Below are positions 41,766 to 54,330 of a stretch of DNA of 64,000 nt, in pieces. Made by a program: the position numbers and the translations under genes. The stretch covers positions 188,666,001 to 188,730,000 of the forward strand of contig OZ024741.1 in assembly GCA_964016885.1 (NCBI GenBank), given 5' to 3'. The number at the start of each line of letters is the position of its first letter. The first letter of the stretch is position 1. This DNA comes from Eledone cirrhosa (taxonomy: Eukaryota). Below the pieces are notes generated by a model. The model searched no databases. It was given only the letters and a program-made list of their open reading frames with translations, and was not told the origin of the DNA.

Positions 41766-43498
41766 TACATATATACATACATAATGAAGTAGAAGGCAAC
41801 AGATTATAATTTAACCACATTTTATATATTGTATGATAGCTGTTATATGTATTTCAATGGCATCTGTTACTTAATTGTAAATCTTTAGATGCAGTCTCTT
41901 TAGACAGCTCCCACCTGTATAAATTTTAGAGATGTAATTTAACACCAAAGCCTAACCCTCGATATATAACAAAATTTACATCACTAAAATTGATATACTG
42001 TGTGCATCAATGTTGACCCTTTGAATAACAGGTACAATTTATTTTTGCCAGCTGAGTGACCTGAAGCAATGTGAAATAAAGTGTCTTGCTCAAGGATACA
42101 ATGTATCACCAAGAATTGAGCTAACAACTTTACATTCATCAACTGAACATCCTAACCACAAAGCCACACATACACATTAGCACAAACGTACTTAACATGT
42201 ATGCATAACACACATTAACACAAAAATATATAACAATAGGCACAATTATATACACACACATATAATACATATTCATATGTACTAATTCTCTAATATGCAT
42301 GCACACATTGGTGTATTGACAGAGAACAATTAATTACCAGTGGATATCAGAGGGGGAAAAAATGATCACTTATGAATATAGCAAGCTAATTTAAAGCAGG
42401 TGGCAGAGAACACAAGAGTAAGGTCATACGTACTCTTGTACAGCTTGACAACAATTCCTTCTTTTCTAGCTTCCTTTTTTTCCTGTTCTTCCTCTCATTC
42501 TTCTTTTCTCCCTCTCTTCCTTCCTTCTTTCTTTCTTTCCTTTCTTTCGTCAGTTACTCAACTTTCTCTAGTCAGTTGTATCTAGCAATGAGTGACCACA
42601 CCTGTTGATGTCTAGATAACACCCAGGGATATAAGACATCACTTTTTGTTTGTCACACACCCATGGCAGTAGTTGACCTCAGCACTGATGAGATTTGAGC
42701 AACCGAAAAACTTGAGGCTGTGAAGGTGACTTGAGCCAAAGAGGAAAACTTCAGCCAATGGGGAAGGGAGCCTTGAGCCAATAAGAGGGACTTCAAAGAA
42801 AGAGAGAATTGAGCCAATGAGAAAGAGAGAGAGAGAGACGAATAAAGGAAGGAGACATGAGTCAAGGAGGGAGTCTTTATGTGATTATTCGAGTTGCTAG
42901 AAACATCAGCCAAAGCTCCCTTAAATCAGACATACTACCTCCTTAAATAAGGAAGGAGATGTGAGACAAGGTATTTCTAGATACTGTATGTATGAAAAAT
43001 AAACTGGATGATCATAGCAGGAATAGGTTTAATCCTGACTTTATTTGATCGAGACTTTACATAGTGTAATGGATGCGTTTTATGGTGGCACCAACACTAG
43101 AGAAATTGTCTTATCAACTGAACGGTTAAACAGACCTTGCTACTCTGCAGTTTCTATTCTTTCAAGGTAGACATGAATACAGAGGCTGGTATGAAGGAGA
43201 GTGATGATCAAGAAAATAGTATGATTTGAATATGACAGGGGAAACAGAGTGACAAGTTGGTAGGGACGAGAGAGTGACATTGGTCGATGGGAAGTTGAAT
43301 AGGAAAACAATATAAGCAACATGGCAGGGATACTAATAAAGATGTGTCATGGTAAGAGAGAGTTAGTAATGAGTACCACAAGGAAGTGGGAATGGTAAAT
43401 GTCAGCAAGATGGTGAGGAGAATAAGAAATAAAGAATAATGTGAATATGATCAGAAATCAATGTTACAGTGATGGTAAGAGAAGGGTAGTGAGAGAGA

Positions 43499-43537
<39 letters not shown>

Positions 43538-43904
43538 TGAGAGAGAGAGAGAGAGAGAGTAAAGTAGTGCTAGTTCTGGAAAATAGATGAGATGGTTATG
43601 ACTAAAATATCTTTAATCATAAGTCTGCTGGATAAGATCTGACCTAGAGTTAAACAATAATAAAAATAATTGTTTCTATTTTTGGCACAAGGCCAGCAAT
43701 TACCCAGTACATTACTGGTACTTTATTTTATTGATTCCGTAAGGATGAAAGGCAAAGTTAACCTCGACAGGATTTGAACTCAGACCATAAAGGGATGTAA
43801 CTATGCTGAAAAGCATGGCGTCTGACCCTCCACCGATACTGCCAATTGACTGCCCAATAATAAAAATAATACAAAATAGTCAATGATAGTTTATTTGTTC
43901 ACCT

Positions 43905-46470
43905 GCTCACTGGTTTACTTGTTCACCTGGTCACTGGTTTACCTGTTAACCTGGTCACTGGTTTACTTGTTCACCTGGTCACTGTTTCACCTGTTCACCT
44001 GGTTACTGGTTTACTTGTTCACCTCGTCACTGGTTTACTTGTTCACCTGGTCACTGTTTCACCTGTTTGCCTGCTCACTGGTTTACTTGTTCACCTGGTC
44101 ACTGGTTTACTTGTTCACCTGGTCACTGTTTCACCTGTTTGCCTGCTCACTGGTTTACTTGTTCACCTCGTCACTGGTTTACTTGTTCACCTGGTCACTG
44201 TTTCACCTGTTTGCCTGCTCACTGGTTTACTTGTTCACCTGGTCACTGGTTTACTTGTTCACCTGGTCACTGTTTCACCTGTTTGCCTGGTCACTGGTTT
44301 ACTTGTTCACCTGGTCACTGGTTTACTTGTTCACCTGGTCACTGGTTTACTTGTTCACCTGGTCACTGTTTCACCTGTTTGCCTGGTCACTGGTTTACTT
44401 GTTCACCTGGTCACTGTTTCACCTGTTCACCTGGTCACTGGTTTACTTGTTCACCTGGTCACTGTTTCACCTGTTCACCTGGTCACTGTTTCACCCGTTC
44501 ACCTGGTCACTGGTTTACTTGTTCACCTGGTCACTGGTTTACTTGTTCATCTGGTCACTGGTTTACCTGTTAACCTGGTCACTGTTTCACCTGTTCACCT
44601 GGTCACTGGTTTACTTGTTCACCTGGTCACTGTTTCACCTGTTCACCTGGTCACTGTTTCACCTGTTCACCTGGTCACTGGTTTACTTGTTCACCTGGTC
44701 ACTGGTTTACTTGTTCATCTGGTCACTGGTTTACCTGTTAACCTGGTCACTGTTTCACCTGTTCACCTGGTCACTGGTTTACTTGTTCACCTGGTCACTG
44801 TTTCACCTGTTCACCTGGTCACTGTTTCACCTGTTCACCTGGTCACTGGTTTACTTGTTCACCTGGTCACTGTTTCACCTGTTCACCTGGTCACTGGTTT
44901 ACTTGTTCACCTGGTCACTGTTTCACCTGTTCACCTGGTCACGGTTTCACCTGTTCACCTGGTCACTGGTTTACTTGTTCACCTGGTCACTGTTTCACCT
45001 GTTCACCTGGTCACTGGTTTACTTGTTCACCTGGTCACTGTTTCACCTGTTCACCTGGTCACTGTTTCACCTGTTCACCTGGTCACTGGTTTACTTGTTC
45101 ACCTGGTCACTGGTTTACTTGTTCATCTGGTCACTGGTTTACCTGTTAACCTGGTCACTGTTTCACCTGTTCACCTGGTCACTGGTTTACTTGTTCACCT
45201 GGTCACTGTTTCACCTGTTCACCTGGTCACTGTTTCACCTGTTCACCTGGTCACTGGTTTACTTGTTCACCTGGTCACTGATTTACTTGTTCATCTGGTC
45301 ACTGGTTTACCTGTTAACCTGGTCACTGTTTCACCTGTTCACCTGGTCACTGGTTTACTTGTTCACCTGGTCACTGGTTTACCTGTTAACCTGGTCACTG
45401 TTTCACCTGTTCACCTGGTCACTGGTTTACTTGTTCACCTGGTCACTGTTTCACTTGTTCACCTGGTCACTGGTTTACTTGTTCACCTGGTCACTGGTTT
45501 ACCTGTTCACCTGGTCACTGGTTTACTTGTTCACCTGGTCACTGTTTCACCTGTTTGCCTGGTCACTGGTTTACTTGTTCACCTGGTCACTGTTTCACCT
45601 GTTAACCTGGTCACTGGTTTACTTGTTCACCTGGTCACTGTTTCACCTGTTCACCTGGTCACTGGTTTACTTGTTCACCTGGTCACTGTTTCACATGTTA
45701 ACCTGGTCACTGGTTTACTTGTTCACCTGGTCACTGTTTCACCTGTTAACCTGGTCACTGGTTTACTTGTTCACCTGGTCACTGTTTCACCTGTTCACCT
45801 GGTCACTGGTTTACTTGTTCATCTGGTCACTGGTTTACTTGTTCACCTGGTCACTGTTTCACCTGTTCACCTGGTCACTGGTTTACTTGTTCACCTGGTC
45901 ACTGGTTTACTTGTTCACCTGGTCACTGGTTTACTTGTTCACATGGTCACTGTTTCACCTGTTCACCTGGTCACTGGTTTACTTGTTCATCTGGTCACTG
46001 GTTTACATGTTCATCTGGTCACTGGTTTACTTGTTTATCTGGTCACTGGTTTACTTGTTCATCTGGTCACTGTTTCACCTGTTCACCTGGTCACTGGTTT
46101 ACTTGTTCATCTGGTCACTGGTTTACATGTTCATCTGGTCACTGGTTTACTTGTTTATCTGGTCACTGGTTTACTTGTTCATCTGGTCACTGGTTTACTT
46201 GTTCATCTGGTCACTGGTTTACTTGTTCATCTGGTCACTGGTTTACTTGTTCATCTGGTCACTGGTTTACTTGTTCATCTGGTCACTGGTTTACTTGTTC
46301 ATCTGGTCACTGGTTTACTTGTTTATCTGGTCACTGGTTTACTTGTTCATCTGGTCACTGGTTTACTTGTTCATCTGGTCACTGGTTTACTTGTTTATCT
46401 GGTCACTGGTTTACTTGTTCATCTGGTCACTGGTTTACTTGTTCATCTGGTCACTGGTTTACTTGTTCAC
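43905..46470. repeat. 24-bp minisatellite, ~107 copies (TCACTGGTTTACTTGTTCACCTGG and variants)
   Basis: Direct inspection; the 8-aa periodicity of the spurious 879-aa ORF confirms the 24-bp period. Confidence 0.95.
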
Positions 46471-47138
46471 CTATGTAACTTTTCACCTGCTCATCTGTTT
46501 GCCTGTTCACCTATTTAGCTGATCACTAGTTTACCTGCTACACTATTGACCTGCACACATGTTTTTCTGGTCACCTATTTACCAGTTCATCTATTTACAT
46601 ATTCACTTGCTCACCTGTTCACCTGTTCATCTGTTCATCTGTCAGTTAACAAGTTATAAATTAGAGGAAACGAAATCTTAGATTAAGTTGATGTTTCATA
46701 TGTCTTTGGCTTATAAACCTTGGCTGGGCGACACTGGTTGTCATGGTTACAAACCAGTGCCTGTTTGTCTTGGTACTGATATTCAGCATCTGTTGTCATG
46801 GTTATGACAAGTTAAACTACATATACATACACACATATATACACTAACACACAACCACACAGACATGTCATAGTAGTTGTATTTGTTGTTGTTGTTGGCA
46901 GAATAATTCGTTAATCCAAGAACTGCAGCAGCAGCAACAATAACAACAAATATAATAACACAATAAAAAAAAAAAAAGCTAGTGTAGCCTGGTGTGGTAT
47001 TGGACCAATGAAAACACATGTAATCACTCTACTGAAGCAGTGGCGGTCTCTGGTGGGAAAACATTGGTTCAAGTATAGGCATATATATCTATATTTCTTT
47101 CTCCCCCACTCCTTCTTTCACTCTCTCACTCACTCTCT

Positions 47139-47211
<73 letters not shown>

Positions 47212-47250
47212 CACAAACACACATATATATTTGTATATTTATATATACGT

Positions 47251-47297
<47 letters not shown>

Positions 47298-47336
47298 CAC
47301 AAACACACATATATATGTGTATATTTATATATACGT

Positions 47337-47409
<73 letters not shown>

Positions 47410-47520
47410 CACAAACACACATATATATGTGTATATTTATATATACGTACACACACACACACATATATATATATATTTATACACAAACACATATATATGT
47501 GTATATTTATATATACGTAT

Positions 47521-47556
<36 letters not shown>

Positions 47557-47600
47557 TTATACACAAACACATATATATGTGTATATTTATATATACATAT

Positions 47601-47643
<43 letters not shown>

Positions 47644-47644
<1 letters not shown>

Positions 47645-49001
47645 CATCATCATCATCATCATCATCAACGTTTAACGTCCGTGTTCCACGCTTGCATGGG
47701 TTTGGACGGGGGTAGTCCCACTTGAGGCAAGAGTGATTGTCTTGCTCGCATAGGACTGTCTGGCAGGTTTTCTACAGTTGGATGCCCTTCCTAACACCAA
47801 CCACATTTACAGTGTGGGTCTGGGAGGTTTTTACCGTGTTGCCTACACGGCCACATTACAGCGTGGACTGTGTGTTTTTTTGTCGTGACACCTACACGAT
47901 CTCATTTGTTTCGGCCTCGAAGGCGCGGCACCAACATAACTTTACATAGAACGGGGTGGTGTGGATCGGGTGGGGGTGGGGGTGGTGGGACGGGGTGTAT
48001 TTTGTTAGAGATGCCTACTGGCTGGAGTAGGTTTTACTATATATTTAGGTAAGGCGGGTCTTCTCTGTTACTGAGTACCGCCAAAGGTCTCGGTCCAGTG
48101 ACATTGTCTTGGAGAGGTGTAAGTGTGTGATGTCGGAGTTTATCAGCTCGTCCCAGGTTTTTCTAGGTCTGCCTATTCCGTGACTACCGTCTATCTTTAT
48201 TGCCCTGCACTTTGTTATACAGCTATCGACTTTCATGCGCATCACGTGTCCATACCAACGTAGCCTTCTCTCGAGTAAACAACATCTGATCCCTCTTATC
48301 TCTAATTTTTTCCTTAGTTCGTTTATGCTTTGCCGTTCACGTATATTACTGTTACACATCCAGCGGAGCATGCAAGCTTCGTTCCTCTCTAGTCTGCGTA
48401 TATCCTCTGCACACAATGCCCAGGTCTCACTGCCATGCAGCATTGCTGTTCGTATGCAGGCATCGTACAACCTGCCTTTCATTTTTAGTGAGAACCCTTT
48501 AGCAGCTAATAGTGGTATAAGCTCTCTGAACTTTTTCCAACCAGTTCTGACTCTAGCTACAGTACTTTCAGAGCACCCTCCCCCACTGCTGATTTTATCG
48601 CCCAGGTAATGGAAGCTGTCCACTATTTCTATAGAACCCTCTGCGCAATTGAAAGAGCTAGTAGTTTGTGGGCACTTGCTGCTACTTATTGCACCAGAGC
48701 ACCGGCCACATGTAAAATCTATGTTCTTAGTTAGCTTACCTGTGATCCCACTACATCTTTTATGCACCCATACTTTGCATTTAGGACATAAAATGGAGTT
48801 TCTACCTACGCCTTTCCTACACACCGAGCACGACCATTTCCCAGAAGGGACCGCCGCCTTGTTTTCTTTCCTACAAACTAGTACTTTGGTCTTAGCCAGG
48901 TTAATTTTAAGTCCTTTTGACTCTAGGCCGTGCTTCCATGTTTGGAATTTCTTCTCTAGCTCGGCCATTGATTCCGCTATGAGTGTCAGGTCGTCTGCGT
49001 A
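47644..49001 (-). mobile_element. 5'-truncated RTE-clade LINE with open RT C-terminal ORF, inserted in a compound (TA)/(CA) minisatellite
   Basis: YADDLTL..307-aa ORF (48045-48968) with RTE motifs GSETW, RRLRWYGHVMR, GRPRKTW; 3' UTR and (TGA)n; the same ~60-70-bp flanking unit on both sides. Confidence 0.93.
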
Positions 49002-49056
49002 TATATATATTTATACACAAACACACATATATATGTGTATATTTATATATACGTAT

Positions 49057-49090
<34 letters not shown>

Positions 49091-49136
49091 TTATACACAA
49101 ACACATATATATGTGTATATTTATATATACATATAT

Positions 49137-49170
<34 letters not shown>

Positions 49171-49214
49171 TTATACACAAACACATATATATGTGTATAT
49201 TTATATATACGTAT

Positions 49215-49252
<38 letters not shown>

Positions 49253-49263
49253 TACCTGCCTTA

Positions 49264-49310
<47 letters not shown>

Positions 49311-49650
49311 TAGATATATGTATGCATTATTAACATCTATATTTCACATACAGTTTACACTTTCAGACATTTAGTTATAGGTAGGTCAATGCGTATGCAT
49401 GTATATGTATATGTGTGTGTATATGGATGTATGTTTGTATATATATATATACACACATATATATATAATTGTAGTACCGAGCATGTTTATGAATAAATAT
49501 GCATATGGAAGTCATATACAATATGTACACACACACATATATATAATTGTTAATGTTCCTATTTGGAATCTAAAGAAATACAATTAAGGGCAAAGTACTC
49601 AACACATGATGTAGAGTGGATATATTTGCATTTATTAAATTAATTCCTCT

Positions 49651-50067
49651 TGTAAGACTAGTTCTATTTCATACTTTGATAACTCATCTGAAATTTTAGA
49701 GAACAAACAGATTTAGTTCTGTAAAAGTAATTAATTCAAGTGAAACTTATGTGTATATATATCATCATTATGATATACATACATGCGGTGGATTGGCAGT
49801 ATCGGTAGAGAGTCGGATGCCATGCTTTGACGCATAGAGTTACGGCCCTTGCCATTCTGAGTTCAAATCCCGCCGAGGTTAACTTTGCCTTTCATCCTTA
49901 CGTGGTCGATAAAATAAAGTACCAGTAATGCACTGGGTATTTGCTGGCCTTGTGCCTAAAGTAGAAACAATTATGATATACATACATATATACATATATA
50001 TATATGTGTGAGTGTGTGTTAAAATCTCACGGGAAAAGGGGATATATCCAGAAAAATATGTTAATCC

Positions 50068-50102
<35 letters not shown>

Positions 50103-50574
50103 ACGAAGAAATCAGGTGGACCATAACGCACCAGAGTACTCAATACTTAGGGTAGTAGAGTGGGTAATAGGAAAAAAGTCAGGACCCCAACAGCTGAGTT
50201 CGGATCTAGCTGAGTTCTGGCTGCCGTTTCGACAGCTAGATCCGAACTCAGCTGTTGGAGTCCTGACTCTTTTCCTATTACCCACTCTACTACTCTAAGT
50301 ATCGAGTACTCTGGTGCGTTATGGTCCACCCGGTTTCTTCGTTATATATATATATTTATATATATATGGATTAACATATTTTTCTGGATATATCCCCTTT
50401 TCCCGTGAGATTTTAACACACACACATATATATATGTATATATGTATGTATATCATAATGATGATATATATACACAAGTTTCACTTGAATTAATTACTTT
50501 TACAGAACTAAATCTGTTTGTTCTCTAAAATTTCAGATGAGTTATCAAAGTATGAAATAGAACTTAGTTTTACA
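49651..50574. repeat. Composite ~360-bp-arm palindrome with a SINE inserted in the left arm only
   Basis: 49651-50212 (minus the SINE) is the reverse complement of ~50223-50574; the same ORF appears on both strands (50116 and 50147). Confidence 0.85.
49785..49969 (+). mobile_element. Full-length young family A tRNA-derived SINE with 18-bp TSD. Other copies near 5806, 14560, 33530(-), 35643, 38670, 43665(-), 54360, 54743, 62935, 63127
   Basis: TSD ATTATGATATACATACAT at 49767-49784 and 49970-49987; A box TGGCAGTATCGG, B box GAGTTCAAATCC. Confidence 0.88.
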
Positions 50575-50587
50575 TATATATATATAT

Positions 50588-51136
50588 CATCATCATCATC
50601 ATCATCATCGTTTAACGTCCATGTTCCACGCTTGCATGGGTTTGGACGGGAGTTTTCCCACTTGAGGCAAGAGTGGTTGTCTGGCTCGCATAGGACTGTC
50701 TGGCGGGTTTTCTACAGCTGGATGCCCTTCCTAACACCAACCACATTTACAGTGTGGGACTGGGAGGTTTTTACCGTGTTGCCTACACGGCCACATTACA
50801 GCGTGGACTGTGTGTTTTTTTGTCGTGACACCTACACGATCTCATTTGTTTCGGCCTGGATGTTGTGGCACCAACGTAACTTTACATTGAAAGGGGCGGT
50901 GTGGATGGGGTGGGGCTGGTGTGACGGGGGCGTATTTTGTTAGAGATGCCTACTGACTGTAGTAGGTTTACTTTGTATTTAGGCAAGGCGGGTCTTCTCT
51001 ATTACTGAGTACCGCCAAAGATCTCGGTCCAGTGACATTGTCTTGGAGAGGTGTAAGTGTGTGAGGTCGGAATTTATCAGGTCGTCCCAGGTTTTTCTGG
51101 GTCTGTCTACTCCGTGGCTACCGTCTATCTTTATAA
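50588..51136 (-). mobile_element. 5'-truncated RTE LINE end
   Basis: KIDGSHGVDRPRKTWDDLINSDLTHLHLSKTMSLDRDLWRYSV plus 3' UTR and (TGA)n. Confidence 0.85.
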
Positions 51137-51633
51137 ATATATAGAAATGAGATGATAGGACTGGGATCCCTATCATTCCACTGCAAAGTGGTCGTGGAGG
51201 TGCCACGGCAAAAAAGCACCCAGCACTCACTGTAAATGAGGTTGGTGTTAGGAAGGGCATCCAGCTGTAGAAATCAAGCCAGAATCAGTTCCCGTCCCAC
51301 CCTTGCAAGCAGGGAAAAAGTGGACGTAAAATGAAATGAATGAATATAGCAAGCAGAATAGACATTAAATGATGATGATGTTGGTGTCTTTTATATATAC
51401 ATATGTGTGTGTGTCTATGTATATATACATATATATACACACATACATATTTAGCAGAATTATTTCTTGGTGATTGTGCTATTGCTGATAGAACATAACC
51501 AGCTAAGCTCACACTATATACAAATTACCATTTCCGCTCAATGTTTTCTATTTGCTATATGCATTTCCAGCAAGTGACATCACACTAAATTCTATATAGA
51601 CTATATTCTGTTTCATGCCAGGATGTTTTTAGT

Positions 51634-51686
51634 GAGTGTTACTGATGAAAGATTAACAAATCTTGAAACAGTACTGTCTGACATTT
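51634..51686 (+). ncRNA. Putative canonical type I hammerhead ribozyme, sense in PLC intron 4
   Basis: AGTGTTA CTGATGA AAGATT-AACA-AATCTT GAAA CAG-TA-CTG TC TGACATT; intact core, GUC triplet, palindromic stem III (ACAGTACTGT). Confidence 0.75.
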
Positions 51687-52240
51687 TGAGAACATATTGG
51701 TAATTCTGTGATACATTCACAGAGGAAAATAGAGAAAAATGAATATGTTTTGTACCATTTCATTTCGTTACTTACAGATCTTTTTCTTCGACAGTGAGGC
51801 TACCCATATGTTTATTGTATATAAATGTATTATATATGTTTATATATGTTTTTATATACATCTCTATTATGCTTAAACACTGTCTTAGTATTTACACAAA
51901 CTAAATATATGTTTATATACAGGTGCGTAACTTAGTGGTTAGAGAGTTGGATTTGCAATCGTGAGGTTGAGAGTTCAATTCTCAGACCGGGTGACACATT
52001 GTGTCCTTGAGCAAGACACTTTATTTCACATTGCTCCTTCGGCCAGGAATTGCGACTACTAGATTATATCAGCAATGGAAAGACCAATGGACACATTGTT
52101 TCCTTGGTCCGATTTGTCGAGGTCCACCCCACTCAGCAAGCGAATGAGGTCTGGGATCTTATCGATCAATGAGAGCCATATATACACATTCAATCCTACC
52201 ATGTCTGATTACCTTTTCTTTATTGTTATCATTGAAACAG

Positions 52241-52380
52241 AAATGGACAGAGGAGGTGTTCAAATATGCCTACAACCTTCTCTCTCTCAACAAGAACCAG
52301 TTGGGTGAATGGGAGAAACTTTACTTCAGGTTAACAACTGTAGAAGTTGAAGGTGGAGGAAAGAAAGTCCCCGTCAAAGC
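52241..52380 (+). CDS. PLCB: PLC-beta coding exon 5 (end of PH, start of EF hands)
   Basis: CAG acceptor; KWTEEVFKYAYNLLSLNKNQLGEWEKLYFRLTTVEVEGGGKKVPVK+GC; GTGAGT donor at 52381; phase 0/2. Confidence 0.93.
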
Positions 52381-52947
52381 GTGAGTATCACTTCTTCATA
52401 GCAACATGTACAAGTTTATACATGTGTATTCAATTTTTTTTTTAACTTCCTTCCCTGACCTTCTCACACTACTCTTACATGTATCTGTTCTCTTCTTATC
52501 TGAACTTTCCTGAAGAAGGACTTCTGTCCAAAATGTTGAAACCTCCTCCACTTTCACCAAGCATGAACCTAATATAACTCTGTAAAATTGCATCTTGGGT
52601 TTTGTTTGTTTCATTTATTAACTATATATATAAATATATCAGATTAGAGATAGTAATAACCAGTTAGACCATTACTCACCAGATACTCGGGGTAGTAGAG
52701 TGGGTAGTATGAAAAAATTCCGGACCCTGACGGCTGTTTCAATGCCTGTGCATGTGTTTTTATTGGCAGCATGACCCTCCCAAAGTATAACAATATCTGT
52801 TTCAACACACGTTTTCAGATAAGAAATCTTGCAAAAGAAATTCAAAAACGAAATATATATATATATATAACAAAGGAAATGTGGTAAGGAACCAGGTGGA
52901 CCATAACGCACCAAAGTACTCAATACTTAGGGTAGTAGAGTGGGTAA

Positions 52948-53061
52948 TAGGAACGAGTAGGACCCCGCCGGCTGAGCTCAAGCCGTTTCGACGGCTAATT
53001 CTGGACGTCCAGAATTAGCCGTCGAAACGGGTTGAGCTCAGCCGTCGGGGTCCTACTCGTT

Positions 53062-53066
<5 letters not shown>
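52948..53066. repeat. Near-perfect 119-bp palindrome from the same family as the 50 kb fold-back
   Basis: TAGGAACGAGTAGGACCCCG..AATTCTGGA-CG-TCCAGAATT..CGGGGTCCTACTCGTTCCTA. Confidence 0.85.
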
Positions 53067-53087
<21 letters not shown>

Positions 53088-53095
<8 letters not shown>

Positions 53096-53812
53096 TAAAC
53101 GGAATAGAAAATGCTGACAAATTGTTCACAGTTGAAAAATGGTTTAATTAGGAATAAAAGAGTATTAGTGATTGTATGGGTTAATATTCAGTTGTGGTTT
53201 TAAGTTTTTAAGTTTTTACCGGTTGCGCATTTCTAAATGCTTTTCAAAAATAATTTTGAGATAGAGTGTCCGTGCTGTTTGCTCTGATCTGATCTGATTA
53301 GTTTTGGGGATTCTACCTGTTTTTATGTTAAAAAAGTGGCTCCAGCGTTACTTTGGTGTTGCAAAAATTCTTATTCACATGACCTCTACCGACCAATCAA
53401 AATTGTTTTGACCACAAGAATTTTTGCAAACACCAAATAACGCTGGAGCCACTTTTTTAACATAAAAACAGTCTTGGCGCAAAATCAATTTTTAACATTC
53501 ACATGACCTCTACTGACCAATCAAAATTGTTTTGACCACAAGAATTTTTGCAACACCAAAGTAACGCTGGAGCCACTTTTTTAACATAAAAACAGGTAGA
53601 ATCCCCAAAACTAATCAGATCAGTGCAAACAGCACGGACACTCTATCTCAAAATTATTTTTGAAAAGCATTTAGAAATGCGCAACCGGTAAAAACTTAAA
53701 ACCACAACTGAATACTAACCCATACAATCACTAATACTCTTTTATTCCTAATTAAACCATTTTTCAACTGTGAACAATTTGTCAGCATTTTCTATTCCGT
53801 TTACCAATATAT
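53088..53812. mobile_element. Fold-back element (~280-bp arms) with a tandem partial duplication in the spacer, Penelope-like architecture
   Basis: Arms ~53088-53372 and ~53540-53812; direct repeat ~53374-53471 / 53497-53595; (TA)n flank. Confidence 0.8.
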
Positions 53813-53842
53813 AATAACTTGTGTGTTACACCTCTATTCTTT

Positions 53843-53903
<61 letters not shown>

Positions 53904-54097
53904 ATATATATATGGTTGTTTGTGTCTGGCTGGTTCATCCACAGATTTGATGTGATTTTTGTTGTTAACACAGATCTGAGAATCAGGCAGACTTGAAGTC
54001 TGGTCAGGGGTATCAACCCAGATCATGAGCCAGCTGCTTGAGAAACATTTGTAACCAGGACAGCAATAAATCTCCTATGTATCATCTCCACTTTGTT

Positions 54098-54128
<31 letters not shown>

Positions 54129-54330
54129 CTAGCAGCAGTACCCAGTGTTGCCTGGGTAGGTAAAATAATATCTGCTTTGATGAAAAGGTGTTGATCTTAG
54201 CGACTGCATCTCGATGTCTCATCTATGGCCACCCACAGGCCATGCGGGGGAGGGTGGTGATGACCTCTATCACTGAGAAACGCGCGCGTGTGTGTGTGTG
54301 TATCCCGGGTTCTATCAGGGGTCATTATTA
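54129..54330 (-). mobile_element. Helitron 3' end
   Basis: Minus strand ACCCAG-GCAACA-CTGGGT hairpin followed by ACTGCTGCTAG|T. Confidence 0.55.

Noticed and set aside
43883-46522. 879-aa ORF (and the overlapping 168-aa and 191-aa ORFs)
   Set aside because: Translation of the 24-bp minisatellite (SLVYLFTW repeats); intronic, with no domain or splice support.
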